Shown here: in pieces, positions 18,931-28,863 of the stretch | How positions within the stretch are numbered: the first letter of the stretch is position 1 | Layout of the letters: every line of letters begins with the position of its first letter | Source of the DNA: an uncultured Methanosarcinales archaeon | GTDB taxonomy: Archaea > Nanobdellota > Nanobdellia > Woesearchaeales > ARS49 | DNA length: 64,000 nt | Direction: 5' to 3' | Assembly (NCBI GenBank): GCA_964637115.1 | Contig: CAZWVL010000007.1 | Location: 1-64,000, forward strand | Notes under the pieces: generated by a model | Databases searched by the model: none | The model's input: only the letters and a program-made list of their open reading frames with translations | Told to the model about the DNA's origin: nothing | Program-made: the position numbers and the translations under genes

Positions 18931-18931
18931 T

Positions 18932-19222
18932 TTAAAGTTTCTTCATGTGCACCGGGTGCACTATAATCATCTTTGTCTTACCGCCATCCTGGATTTCAAG
19001 CTCGTAGCAGTCGCCGCGACTACCAACAATAAAGCCAGACTTGCCGTGGAAGCGCTGATGGTAGAGGTTCTTCTGCAATGCAGGCTCGGCTGACAAACAA
19101 GCTCTGTCACCTACCTTGTACGGCATAAAGAACTTTGTCAACGAGATCTTGCCCTTAGAACGGGGGTGTTTTCGGAAAAGTCTTCTAGTGCCCGCCCGCG
19201 AACCACCTTTGCGCTTCGACAT
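18932..19222 (-). CDS. rpl21e: 50S ribosomal protein L21e
   Basis: MSKRKGGSRAGTRRLF...RFHGKSG...IIVHPVHMKKL; true start 19222. Confidence 0.95.
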   Translation of the reverse strand: MSKRKGGSRAGTRRLFRKHPRSKGKISLTKFFMPYKVGDRACLSAEPALQKNLYHQRFHGKSGFIVGSRGDCYELEIQDGGKTKMIIVHPVHMKKL

Positions 19223-19353
19223 GACTAAAGGGGATAGTGAAGGGTTTATAAAGGTTACTGTGTATTCTCCACTAGCAAAAGCTTTAAATATCAGCTGAAC
19301 TCTTAGCCATTCAAGAGTAAAAACAAAATAGGTGCGATGAGGTGTTGTGACAA

Positions 19354-19755
19354 ATGGGCTTTTTTTCGAAAATGAAAGATAAGTTATCCGGCCCGAAATA
19401 CGAGGAGCTGGAACAAGAAACAGGATATGTTGAACTCGAGAATGATGGGGAAATTTCAAAATCAAAAGTTCTCGTAAGACCATTCATGCTGGAAGACTTT
19501 GATGATGTCAAGCCAGTGCTGGATTCTTTACGCGAAGGTTACACGATTGCTTTAGTAAACATCCGACCGTTGAAAGACAAGGACTTGGTTGAATTGAAAA
19601 GAGCAATCAACAAGCTCAAGAAAACAACTGACGCCATTGAAGGCGAGATTGCAGGATTTGGAGACGACTTCCTCGTAATCACGCCATCATTTGCTTCAAT
19701 TTACAGAAGCAAACAAATGAAAGCAGTTGAGCACGGCGCAGAAGAAGTGCAATAA
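19354..19755 (+). CDS. sepF: Archaeal cell division protein SepF
   Basis: LREGYTIALVNIRPL...LKRAINKLKK...GEIAG...VITP. Confidence 0.9.
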   Translation: MGFFSKMKDKLSGPKYEELEQETGYVELENDGEISKSKVLVRPFMLEDFDDVKPVLDSLREGYTIALVNIRPLKDKDLVELKRAINKLKKTTDAIEGEIAGFGDDFLVITPSFASIYRSKQMKAVEHGAEEVQ

Positions 19756-19761
19756 TAAATT

Positions 19762-20424
19762 TTATTTTCTTTCTTTTCTAGTTTCGATATGCAAATCTAT
19801 ACGATACTTCCACAAATCAACTTCCTCCTGAGTGCGCAAAGGCCTTTCCTGTTCCAACTGTTTCCTGAAAATTTCAGTTTCGGGACCCAATTCACCATCA
19901 ACCTGGCAGATATAACTATCAACGTGACCTGCAAGATCTGTCGGTGGATACTGCACAAGTATTCCACCCCATTTATCATTCCAATCACGAAAGCCAGACA
20001 TAACTGATTTTCCGTCGCCCAGTGCATACTGGAAATAAGGCATTACAAACTGCTCGCCCTTGCGAATAACACCCGGCTCATACTCCATAACGTCGCCATT
20101 GATTTCAAACTTCCAATTAGGACGAGTATAGGAGGCGATGCATTCCAAAGGCCCAGTCAGGCCATTTGCTTTTGGATCGTTCCAGATATTCACAATCCTT
20201 CCTTTTTCAGTATCATCAACTCTCATCGTAAAACCTAAATTTGCATATTCATAACCAGCAGCAAGCGCTATTGTCTTGTCAGGCACTTGACTCAAGTCCA
20301 CCATATCCAAGTTTTCCAATTTACTCATATCAATCAAAGGAGCGGTATATTCACTATTCGGAATCATTGATGCGCGCAAATGCGACATTAGCTGAAGAAA
20401 ATCATGGAATCTTGCTTTGGGCAT
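19762..20424 (-). CDS. Hypothetical protein
   Basis: 220 aa, co-oriented 2 nt after endonuclease V. Confidence 0.7.
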   Translation of the reverse strand: MPKARFHDFLQLMSHLRASMIPNSEYTAPLIDMSKLENLDMVDLSQVPDKTIALAAGYEYANLGFTMRVDDTEKGRIVNIWNDPKANGLTGPLECIASYTRPNWKFEINGDVMEYEPGVIRKGEQFVMPYFQYALGDGKSVMSGFRDWNDKWGGILVQYPPTDLAGHVDSYICQVDGELGPETEIFRKQLEQERPLRTQEEVDLWKYRIDLHIETRKERK

Positions 20425-20426
20425 TT

Positions 20427-21119
20427 TCAGTCCTCGATGCGGGTTTCGTTTGCAACCAGTTCTTTTTCTTTCACCGGATCATCCTTGTGCTTCTCAGCCA
20501 TTTTGTCAGCGAACCTGTGAGCCTGGTGCAAAGGCTCAGGCATTTTGTGCGGAGGAACAACGCATCTCTTTACAATCTCAGCGGCTGTTTCAATGCTGAT
20601 AAGATTTCCTGGAGAGACGAACAAAGGATTCGCGTGTTCCTTTGTTTTTACGGTTTTGCCGACAAGTTCACCTTCATAAAATATCTGAGAGTCCTTTTCT
20701 TCGCCGACCAAAAGACTTTTTGCGACACCAATGGTTGGCTTGCCCAATTCAACACCGACAAAAGTCGCAAGACCGGCATTTAATGGATGAGCCATGCCGT
20801 GGCCGTCAACCATAATAACATCAGGATCGCATTCCAAATCAAAATAAGTCTGGCAGATAGGAGGGCCTTCCCTGAAAGCCAAAAAGCCGGGAACATAATT
20901 CATCGGAGTTTTTGTAACCAAAAATTTTCTTTCAACAACTTCAAAAGTCTTAAAGTTTAATACAACAACAGAACAAACACATTTATTGCCAAAATATGAA
21001 ACGTCAAAACCGGCAATGTGCTTGATTTCGTCAATCTTAACGCCGTCTTCTGTTCTCAGCTGTCTTGCAAACTGCTCCTGCTGATCCTTCAATTGTCCGA
21101 AACTAATGTGTGATTTCAT
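20427..21119 (-). CDS. nfi: Endonuclease V
   Basis: AGFD, YVPGFLAFREGP, VDGHGMAHP, IGVAKS, PEPLHQAH. Confidence 0.93.
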   Translation of the reverse strand: MKSHISFGQLKDQQEQFARQLRTEDGVKIDEIKHIAGFDVSYFGNKCVCSVVVLNFKTFEVVERKFLVTKTPMNYVPGFLAFREGPPICQTYFDLECDPDVIMVDGHGMAHPLNAGLATFVGVELGKPTIGVAKSLLVGEEKDSQIFYEGELVGKTVKTKEHANPLFVSPGNLISIETAAEIVKRCVVPPHKMPEPLHQAHRFADKMAEKHKDDPVKEKELVANETRIED

Positions 21120-21423
21120 TTTCAGGAATTGCCGCAATGTATGCCAACTTTCCATACCTGCCTTTGAACTGGATGCTCATTTTATCAGATTTCAGATAGT
21201 CAGCCATGCGGTTTAATCTGGACTCATCAGCCGAAAGAAAACAATGCCAGTTTTCGTGCTTGAAAACAACAAGTTCGTCAATCATTCCTTCCAAAATGAC
21301 ATCGTCAGCTTTGACTATAATTTTTCCATCCAGGCATTTTTCTTCACTGTGTTGAAACTTGTAGACAGTAATCGCATTTGCAATCAACTGCTGCGCATTC
21401 AATATTTCAGTGTCAGTTATCAT
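21103..21423 (-). CDS. Hypothetical protein
   Basis: 106 aa from MITDTE; GGGGTG SD. Confidence 0.65.
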   Translation of the reverse strand: MITDTEILNAQQLIANAITVYKFQHSEEKCLDGKIIVKADDVILEGMIDELVVFKHENWHCFLSADESRLNRMADYLKSDKMSIQFKGRYGKLAYIAAIPENEITH

Positions 21424-21620
21424 ATCTGGACACACCCCATTTCTTTAAGATTGGAAGACCGTTTTCATATATAAAGGTTTCGTTTGTTAGTTACTGGTGA
21501 GTGATGACATTATACGGTCGCTTTTGACACAAATGTGCCAGTATACAAAAAGGCACACTGATTTGTGTCGCCAGATATATATTTTCCAGTTGCCTACACA
21601 ACATGCTTTAGTGAAGACCA

Positions 21621-22352
21621 ATGACAAAAGTGCTAACAGACAGAGTTGAAGAAACGTACAAACTGGTGTTTGGCGACACAATTGCAGAACCAGACCGGGA
21701 AAGAATCAATTTCTTACGAGATGTTGTAACGGGCGAAGTTGACTATGAAGGCAATCGATTGCAGCTGGAAGCAGCTGACGACGTTGTAAAACAGGAAAAA
21801 AATGAATTGATAAATAAAGTTCAGAAAATAAAAGTAAAGAAAGAAAAAGACTTGATGCTGGATGAAATCGCAAGTCTTGATGACACGTTGAAAACATATG
21901 ACGCAGTCAGGGCAATGCGCGAATGGTACTTGCAAGCAGAATACAATGATAGGGACGAAGCGAAATTAAAGGCGATTTCACCGCTTCACATAGCAGGGCT
22001 CATCCAGATATGTGAATCATTCTACGACTGCCTTGAAGTGCTGCACAAGCAGCGAATCCAATCGCTAATTCAGACACTTGATGACGCCTTCAAGACAAAA
22101 AAATACCGTGACGCCGTCATCAGTTCACGCGCAGATCAATTGCTTGCAAAAAAAGTTCCAGAGCTGACTGAAGCTGTTATAACACGAATGATTCCATACC
22201 ATGACCACTTAAGAGAACTGCTCGATAAAGCAGTTGAGACAGGCAACGAACGCGCGTTAAAACGTGCAGCTGTGCGGTTGAACGACACCGGCGTACCGAG
22301 CCTCATCAAATACGCTCAAGAACGAATGAAAACATACAAGGCACAAACATGA
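21621..22352 (+). CDS. Hypothetical helical protein
   Basis: 243 aa; ATGA-coupled to the next gene. Confidence 0.75.
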   Translation: MTKVLTDRVEETYKLVFGDTIAEPDRERINFLRDVVTGEVDYEGNRLQLEAADDVVKQEKNELINKVQKIKVKKEKDLMLDEIASLDDTLKTYDAVRAMREWYLQAEYNDRDEAKLKAISPLHIAGLIQICESFYDCLEVLHKQRIQSLIQTLDDAFKTKKYRDAVISSRADQLLAKKVPELTEAVITRMIPYHDHLRELLDKAVETGNERALKRAAVRLNDTGVPSLIKYAQERMKTYKAQT

Positions 22353-22594
22353 AAGACGCATTTGTGATGGGATTAGATGGAAAATTGGAGAAGCACGAGA
22401 TTGAAGAAACAGCGGACGGAGAACTTGTGGAAAAAATGGGCCGTGGAAAGAAGATAGCCATTGCTGTTCTGCTCCTAGCAATGATAGGAGGAGGCATTAA
22501 GGCATACTTCAGCAGCCAGCCAGCACAACCGCGCACAGAATACAGGGAAAACCAAAGCCATCAGACAGGGCAAGAATACTCCGCCAAGAAATAA
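22349..22594 (+). CDS. Small single-pass membrane protein
   Basis: KKIAIAVLLLAMIGGGI TM segment. Confidence 0.65.
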   Translation: MKDAFVMGLDGKLEKHEIEETADGELVEKMGRGKKIAIAVLLLAMIGGGIKAYFSSQPAQPRTEYRENQSHQTGQEYSAKK

Positions 22595-22595
22595 A

Positions 22596-22745
22596 TTACT
22601 TCAAAAGTGTCTTCCTTTTCTCTATAGGCATTTCTCTCAATCTAATCTGCTCGTCCAGATGGTCGAGAATTATGTTAGTGTCTAATGTCTTTAGATCAAG
22701 AAATTTGTCTGCGAGCTTTAATTCTGGTCTAAGTTTTTTGTTCAT
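22596..22745 (-). CDS. Small hypothetical protein (49 aa)
   Basis: MNKKLRPELKLADKFLDL... with TTTATATA upstream. Confidence 0.45.
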   Translation of the reverse strand: MNKKLRPELKLADKFLDLKTLDTNIILDHLDEQIRLREMPIEKRKTLLK

Positions 22746-22848
22746 ATTAGCATTAGAACAGCCGAAGTATATAAATCGTGTTATTGTCACCTTAGAGTAG
22801 TTACAGAGCGAAAGGTTTAAATAGCCACATTAATTGCCTATTATTGAT

Positions 22849-24630
22849 ATGACTCACACATCCCTTAAAGAGCCTGATATTTTGAACAGCACAATTGACG
22901 GCTTCAAAGTATTGGAGAAAATAGGCCAGGGCAGATTCTGCAAAGTGTATAAGGTACAAAGCCCAGGCCTCAAAAACAACTTTTCAGCATTAAAAGTATT
23001 CCATCAAGGCACGCCTCTTTACCGCCAAGTAGCCCAATCAGAAGCAGAAATCCTTGACCAGTTAGACCATCCAAACATAATCAAAATACAGCACGCAAAT
23101 CCTGCATCGGAATTACCCTATATGTTTGTTGAATTTGCACCGGAAACATTACGCAACAGAATGAACAAGAAACCCAATCCATTCTACAGCTATGATACTC
23201 AAAATCCGGCCGCGGTTAACTATGAGCCCGTATTACGCTTCACTTCACAAGTCCTTGATGCACTTACACATGCCCATTCACGCGGCGTTGTACACAGAGA
23301 CATCAAGCCAACCAATATTCTTGTAGGCAGAACCGGCTCTGCAAAACTCACTGACTTCAACCTTGGCAGCAAAATGACCTTAGAACAGGCAGGACTTGCA
23401 GAAGAAATTGAGACTTCTGACATTGAACTTTCAAATGTGGTTGCTTTAAGCAAAGAAAAGCTGTCGCTACAGGGCGGCACTGAAGGCTACCGTGCTCCAG
23501 AACAAATACGCGGAGAAAAAGAGATTGGACCGCGCACAGACATCTACCAAGTTGGAGTTGTTTTATATGAAATATTAACCGGCCAATTGCCGCAGGGAAA
23601 ATACAAGCCAGTATCACAGATTAATCCAGCTGTTCCGAAAGCGCTGGACGAGATAATTGGCATTGCACTTGAACCAGACCAACGTGACAGATACGTCAAG
23701 GCAGAGGACATGAAAAAAATGCTTGAGAAAGTTCTGGCTGGCGAATTAGTGCAGGGTGGCAAACGATTCGGATTTCTTGGAAAATCAAAAGCAAGCGAAA
23801 TTGAAGAAGAGAAACGGCGCATCAAAAACGCACAAGAAAATTTTGAGAAAGGGATAAGAGACACAGAGGACTCGGCGCAACGTGCGAAACGGGATGCGGA
23901 TTATTCAGAACGCCAGGCATTGCAATGGAAAGAAGAAGAGGAACGCAGAAAAAAAGCAAATGAAGAGACTGCACGACAGGCTCAGGAAAAAAAGACGAAA
24001 CTTGAACAAATTGTTAGCGAGTTCAGGGCGAATGCTTCTGGATTTATCGCATATTTGAGCGATGAGGGATTATTTGAAATACTGCCGGCGAAAGACGCTG
24101 GACAAAAAAAAGCAACAAAAGTCATCGATGTAGAAGTTGAACCAACAGCAATTAAGGCATTCTTGGCATCCAGAGATGGAACGACATTCTATGTTATCAG
24201 CCAGTATCATGAAAAAGACCCGAATGACAGGCATGGCCCCTCGATAAAGAAATACAAAATCGCCAGCCTTGAATATGACGGCAAAGAAGTCAAGACAAAA
24301 AATGAAGGCAATGTTCCAAGCATGCACAAAGCATTCATATCAGGAAACAAATTGTACATACAGACCAATGATAAAAAAGACTGGTATGCATGCGAACCTG
24401 GCAAGGACTTAGAAAAGAAAACAGCCATAATGATGGAATTTGAACGAATTCGTGAATCACCAGATGGAAAATACAAAGTAATTGATGCCCATGAAAACAG
24501 CAACATCAGCAGACAATACGGCTTCATCAAGATTACTTCAGCTAAAGGAGAAGAAATTGCAGAACTGGGTGCTGGCAGTTTCCCCTGCTGGCTTGCATCT
24601 CTGCCAGGACAAAATGAAAAAGCAAGGTGA
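22849..24630 (+). CDS. Hanks-type Ser/Thr protein kinase with coiled coil and beta-rich C-terminal domain
   Basis: IGQGRFCKVYK, ALK, EAE, HRDIKPTN, DFN(LG), GTEGYRAPEQ, DIYQVG. Confidence 0.92.
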   Translation: MTHTSLKEPDILNSTIDGFKVLEKIGQGRFCKVYKVQSPGLKNNFSALKVFHQGTPLYRQVAQSEAEILDQLDHPNIIKIQHANPASELPYMFVEFAPETLRNRMNKKPNPFYSYDTQNPAAVNYEPVLRFTSQVLDALTHAHSRGVVHRDIKPTNILVGRTGSAKLTDFNLGSKMTLEQAGLAEEIETSDIELSNVVALSKEKLSLQGGTEGYRAPEQIRGEKEIGPRTDIYQVGVVLYEILTGQLPQGKYKPVSQINPAVPKALDEIIGIALEPDQRDRYVKAEDMKKMLEKVLAGELVQGGKRFGFLGKSKASEIEEEKRRIKNAQENFEKGIRDTEDSAQRAKRDADYSERQALQWKEEEERRKKANEETARQAQEKKTKLEQIVSEFRANASGFIAYLSDEGLFEILPAKDAGQKKATKVIDVEVEPTAIKAFLASRDGTTFYVISQYHEKDPNDRHGPSIKKYKIASLEYDGKEVKTKNEGNVPSMHKAFISGNKLYIQTNDKKDWYACEPGKDLEKKTAIMMEFERIRESPDGKYKVIDAHENSNISRQYGFIKITSAKGEEIAELGAGSFPCWLASLPGQNEKAR

Positions 24631-24688
24631 ACTCAGATCTTGCAATGATTCCGATGCAAATAAATATACAAACGTATTACCAACACAT

Positions 24689-25015
24689 ATGTACATTGCC
24701 AGAAAAATATATGAGGGTGTGAAAGCAATTCCGGCATCTGTTTATGAGATAGCATTTTCTGCAGGCGTGATTGCTTTTGCATCATTTATGGCAATGCGCA
24801 GCCCTTCAGAGCTTGAAAGAAAAGTTGTTGAACAAAAACCTGTTGCGCCGGCCGGAGGAGGAGGCGGAGGCTCTTACGGACCAAAAGCATGCCCGCCAAT
24901 CCTGAATGGAAATTTTGGCACACTTGATTATGGCGATTTCGACAGGGAAAAAAATAATTCAATCCTGATACCTGAAAAACTCAAAGCTTCGCTCTTACAG
25001 CCTTCTCAGAAATAA
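24689..25015 (+). CDS. Small membrane protein with Gly-rich linker
   Basis: MYIARK start; IAFSAGVIAFASFMAM TM; PAGGGGGGS; convergent overlap with ZPR1. Confidence 0.55.
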   Translation: MYIARKIYEGVKAIPASVYEIAFSAGVIAFASFMAMRSPSELERKVVEQKPVAPAGGGGGGSYGPKACPPILNGNFGTLDYGDFDREKNNSILIPEKLKASLLQPSQK

Positions 25016-25505
25016 TTGCCGAGTTACCAGTCGGGTCTTCAATAACAATCTTGAGTTTTTCGCTTCCCCACAACACGTTCTGAAGCTTTTTCAAAAGATT
25101 CTTTGCCTTTTTCTTGTCGTCATCATCTTCAGCAGTATCGCGCAAAACTTCAATCTGCTTCTTGAACTTTTCAATGATGCCTTCAATGTTTGAAACAAAG
25201 CCCTCTGCATTAGGGCCGGGCTCAATTGAGCCTACGTGTGGAATCTTTACAATGCCTTCGCTGCTTCTTACAACTCTAACTCCAAGATCATCTTTTCCAT
25301 TAACTTCAAAAGTGAACCTGCACGGCTCCTTATGCTCTGCAGCCTCAACATCAGCCTTATGATAATGACAGGCATCGCAGTGCATGCTAAAGAGAAAGAT
25401 TTTGCCGAAAAAAGGAACTTCTGACTCACCTTCAGTCAGAGTAAGCTCTTTCTTCCCGCACATCGGGCACTGCTGTCCACCTAATGATTCTGTTTTATCG
25501 GGCAT
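24981..25505 (-). CDS. ZPR1 zinc-finger protein
   Basis: CPMCG, VPFFGKI, CDACHY, SNIEG, IEDPTGNSAI; start MPDKTE. Confidence 0.93.
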   Translation of the reverse strand: MPDKTESLGGQQCPMCGKKELTLTEGESEVPFFGKIFLFSMHCDACHYHKADVEAAEHKEPCRFTFEVNGKDDLGVRVVRSSEGIVKIPHVGSIEPGPNAEGFVSNIEGIIEKFKKQIEVLRDTAEDDDDKKKAKNLLKKLQNVLWGSEKLKIVIEDPTGNSAIISEKAVRAKL

Positions 25506-25531
25506 ACTCTTGACAAGCAGGATAAGTTTTA

Positions 25532-25595
25532 AAAAGCTTTCGAGGAATGGGTTCCTCGAGAACCCGCCGAAAATGAAATTTTCGGCGATGCTTTT
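25532..25595. repeat. Tandem-hairpin intergenic element
   Basis: TCGAGGAA-TGGG-TTCCTCGA (8 bp), CGCCGAAAAT-GAA-ATTTTCGGCG (10 bp), closed by AAAAGC/GCTTTT. Confidence 0.75.
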
Positions 25596-25634
25596 GTAGT
25601 AACATTTATAATAAGGAAAAAAGAGGAACATCGC

Positions 25635-26225
25635 ATGCCATTAAGGTTTTCACGAAAAGAGAAGATAACTGAAGCTCCGGAACTGTTTGAACCGATAACA
25701 CCCAACGACTTTGAAAAAAAGCTGGAATCATGGGAAGTTATCACGCTAAGACTTCTACAGAATATCAGTAAAGTTCTCAAACGAACTGATGATTTTCAAA
25801 TACTAGTCAAGGAAGGCACTGTGAATGGAGCGGAAATGAGGGCATACTTTGTAAATAACCTGCAGCAGCCATTGGAAGACTACCAGAAAACGATTTACGC
25901 ATCTTACAAAGTATTTCTTCAGACAATCAAAGTCCAGCTGGCGAGATTTCCAGAAACAAGCGAGCTGGCAGCAGAAGCAGAAGCTGAGTTCAGATCACTT
26001 AAACATTTTGACATAAATGCACAAATAATCATATCAGTATGCGCAAACATATTCAAACAGTCGAGCAACCTTGAAGAGCAATTGAACGGATTGCGACAAG
26101 TATTCAAAACACGCCTTTCGGAAATGCAGAAACAAATAACCAGACAGCACGAAAATATGCACGAACTTCTTGAAAAACTACGGGCTGCAAAAGCAAAACT
26201 CGGCCAGGAATTGATCGGAGTATAA
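25635..26225 (+). CDS. Coiled-coil hypothetical protein
   Basis: 196 aa, helical and charged; GAGGA SD. Confidence 0.75.
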   Translation: MPLRFSRKEKITEAPELFEPITPNDFEKKLESWEVITLRLLQNISKVLKRTDDFQILVKEGTVNGAEMRAYFVNNLQQPLEDYQKTIYASYKVFLQTIKVQLARFPETSELAAEAEAEFRSLKHFDINAQIIISVCANIFKQSSNLEEQLNGLRQVFKTRLSEMQKQITRQHENMHELLEKLRAAKAKLGQELIGV

Positions 26226-26281
26226 CTGCTCTATCTAAATATTTAATAATGATTAGAAAACATTCTAAGTAAAGGGTGGGT

Positions 26282-28339
26282 ATGCAGCTAGTTTCGTTAA
26301 GTCTGAGAAATGTACGCAGTTATACCGGTGTTAAGATAGATTTTCCTACGGGAATTGTGATGCTTTCCGGAGACATTGGAAGCGGAAAAAGCACGATACT
26401 TCTGGCAATTGAATTTGCACTGTTTGGACTGCTGAGAGGGGAGTTATCAGGCAATGCATTGCTGAGAAACGGAACAAATGAAGGATTCGTAGAACTTACG
26501 TTCAAACTGGGAGAGAATACTTACGCAATCAAGAGAACGCTGGTCAGAACAAAAAAGTCTGTAGAACAGGATGCCGGATATCTTCTTGTGAATGGAGTGA
26601 AAAAAGACGCAACTGCAGTAGAACTCAAGAGCCACATACTGGATTTACTGGGCTATCCGCAGGAATTGCTCACTAAAAGCAAAAATTTCGTCTTCAGATA
26701 CACAGTTTACACGCCACAAGAAGAAATGAAAAGAATCCTGATGGAAGACAAGGAAGACAGAGTTGCAATACTGAGAAAAGTGTTCGGAGTGGACAAGTAC
26801 GAACGGATAACACAGAATGCTTCAAGCTACGCAAAAGTGCTCAGAGAACAACAAAGAGCATTCAACGCATTATTGGCGGACGTTGAAGAGAAAAAGAAAT
26901 TAGCAGAAGAAACAAAGAAAGAGAAAGAAGACGCCAGTGAAGAGCTGAAAGCATTGCTGCCGCAGGTCGAACAGGCAAGGACAAAAATGACAGACGCAAA
27001 AAAACAACTGATTTTGATAGAACAGCAAAGAAAACAAGCAGAAACCCTAGAAAGAGAAGTACAAGTAGCCAAGACGCAATTAATTTCAAAACAACAGCAG
27101 AACAAGCAAGTGCAAAATGACCTTGCTGCAGTAAGCCAGCAATTGCTTGCAGCACAAAAAGAACTTCCGAAACAAACAGATACAAACGGCATTACAAAAA
27201 GAACTGTTGAAATAAATCAGCTTGTTGTGGACAAGGAAAAACAGATAAGACAAGCAACAGTAAAGATAGCTGAACTAAGCACGCTCAAAAAACAATCGGC
27301 AGACACTACACAAAAAATCTCTGTTCTTGCACAATGCCCCACATGCCTGCAGAACGTCACATCTGACCACAAACACGCAATCATCAGCACAGAACAGAAA
27401 AAAATGCAGGAATTAGACACACACCTCGAACAACACACAATTCTAATCAGGAAATCAGAACAAGACCTATTGCAGTTCAAGAAAGAACTTGAGCAGCTAA
27501 GACAGCAGGAAAAAGAAGCAGCAGTTGTAAAAATAAAAATACAACACGCAGAAGAATTGGCAAAGAGAAAAATTGGTCTTGAAATGCATGTTACGACAAG
27601 TACTGCAGATATACAAATCACGAACGGAAAAATAGCACAATTGGAACAACAATTTGCGCCGTTGAAAGACATTAATACTATTTATGATAAATTAAGAGAA
27701 CAAACAGAAACGTTTTCAGCACAAGAGAGAACATTCAGCATACAGCATTCAACTCTATTCCAGAAAGAACAGCATCTAGCAAGGACGCTATTGTTACTAG
27801 AGCAGGAATTAGAGAGAAAACAGAAAACAAGGAAGCAACTGGAAAAAACACAGCACGTCCACCAATGGGTAACGGACTACTTCGTGCCCTTAATGGACGT
27901 AATGGAAAAGCACGTCATGGCCAAAATTCATCACGAATTTGACGCACTTTTCCAGCAATGGTTCGGAATGCTGGTAGAAGATATTATGACTGCAAGACTG
28001 GATGAGACATTCACGCCAATCATACAGCAAAATGGATACGATACTGAAGTTGAACATCTTTCTGGAGGCGAAAGAACAGCGTGTGCACTTGCGTATAGAT
28101 TGGCATTGAATAAGACAATAAATTCGCTCATAAATTCCATCAAGACAAAAGATTTACTGATACTGGATGAACCAACAGACGGATTCTCAGCAGAACAACT
28201 GGACAGGATGAGAGATGTTCTTGAACAATTGCACTTGAGGCAGATACTGATCGTCAGCCACGAACAAAAAATAGAAAGCTTTGCAGACAGGGTAATAAGA
28301 GTCTCGAAAGCAGAACACGCGAGCCAGATAAGTTTTTAA
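26282..28339 (+). CDS. rad50: Rad50/SbcC-like SMC-family ATPase
   Basis: Walker A GDIGSGKS, zinc hook CPTC, LSGGE signature, LLILDEP, VSH. Confidence 0.88.
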   Translation: MQLVSLSLRNVRSYTGVKIDFPTGIVMLSGDIGSGKSTILLAIEFALFGLLRGELSGNALLRNGTNEGFVELTFKLGENTYAIKRTLVRTKKSVEQDAGYLLVNGVKKDATAVELKSHILDLLGYPQELLTKSKNFVFRYTVYTPQEEMKRILMEDKEDRVAILRKVFGVDKYERITQNASSYAKVLREQQRAFNALLADVEEKKKLAEETKKEKEDASEELKALLPQVEQARTKMTDAKKQLILIEQQRKQAETLEREVQVAKTQLISKQQQNKQVQNDLAAVSQQLLAAQKELPKQTDTNGITKRTVEINQLVVDKEKQIRQATVKIAELSTLKKQSADTTQKISVLAQCPTCLQNVTSDHKHAIISTEQKKMQELDTHLEQHTILIRKSEQDLLQFKKELEQLRQQEKEAAVVKIKIQHAEELAKRKIGLEMHVTTSTADIQITNGKIAQLEQQFAPLKDINTIYDKLREQTETFSAQERTFSIQHSTLFQKEQHLARTLLLLEQELERKQKTRKQLEKTQHVHQWVTDYFVPLMDVMEKHVMAKIHHEFDALFQQWFGMLVEDIMTARLDETFTPIIQQNGYDTEVEHLSGGERTACALAYRLALNKTINSLINSIKTKDLLILDEPTDGFSAEQLDRMRDVLEQLHLRQILIVSHEQKIESFADRVIRVSKAEHASQISF

Positions 28340-28362
28340 CATAGCAGATTTTCTTCCAACAC

Positions 28363-28863
28363 ATGTTCCACCACTGGATAGCGCTTGCATTCTTTGCGCT
28401 GTTCGCGCTTGCAGGAGTTGTGCTGACAATCGCAGGAATTGGAGGCACGTTTCTTGTTTTAGCAGGAGCGCTCATTTACAATCTAATCACCTGGTCAATG
28501 ACTGTTTCAGGCACTACACTATTGTGGCTTTTGGGACTAGCCGTTCTTGGAGAAGTACTGGAATGGTTGTTTACACTTATCGGCGTAAAAGCAGGAGTTT
28601 CAAAATGCGGAATAATAGGCACGGTCATAGGAGCAATCATTGGAGCGATGCTATTGAGCATAATCCCAATAATCGGAACAATCATAGGATTCTTCTTAGG
28701 AGCCATTGTCGGAGCATTTGTTGGAGAATATCTGCACACAAAACACGCAAAGAAAGCCTGGAAAGCAGCAAAGGCAGCATTCTTAGGAAGAGTATTGGCA
28801 AGCCTGAGCAAATTTATTCTTGCAGTAATACAGATAGTTATTGTGGTGAGAGAAGTTTTCTAA
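28363..28863 (+). CDS. DUF456 (YqgC-like) membrane protein
   Basis: GIGGTFLVL, Gly-rich TM repeats GAIIG..GFFLGAIVGAFVGEY. Confidence 0.85.
   Translation: MFHHWIALAFFALFALAGVVLTIAGIGGTFLVLAGALIYNLITWSMTVSGTTLLWLLGLAVLGEVLEWLFTLIGVKAGVSKCGIIGTVIGAIIGAMLLSIIPIIGTIIGFFLGAIVGAFVGEYLHTKHAKKAWKAAKAAFLGRVLASLSKFILAVIQIVIVVREVF

Noticed and set aside
19223-19483. N-terminal extension of L21e in the ORF track
   Set aside because: It overlaps the promoter and antisense sepF; the conserved L21e begins at 19222.
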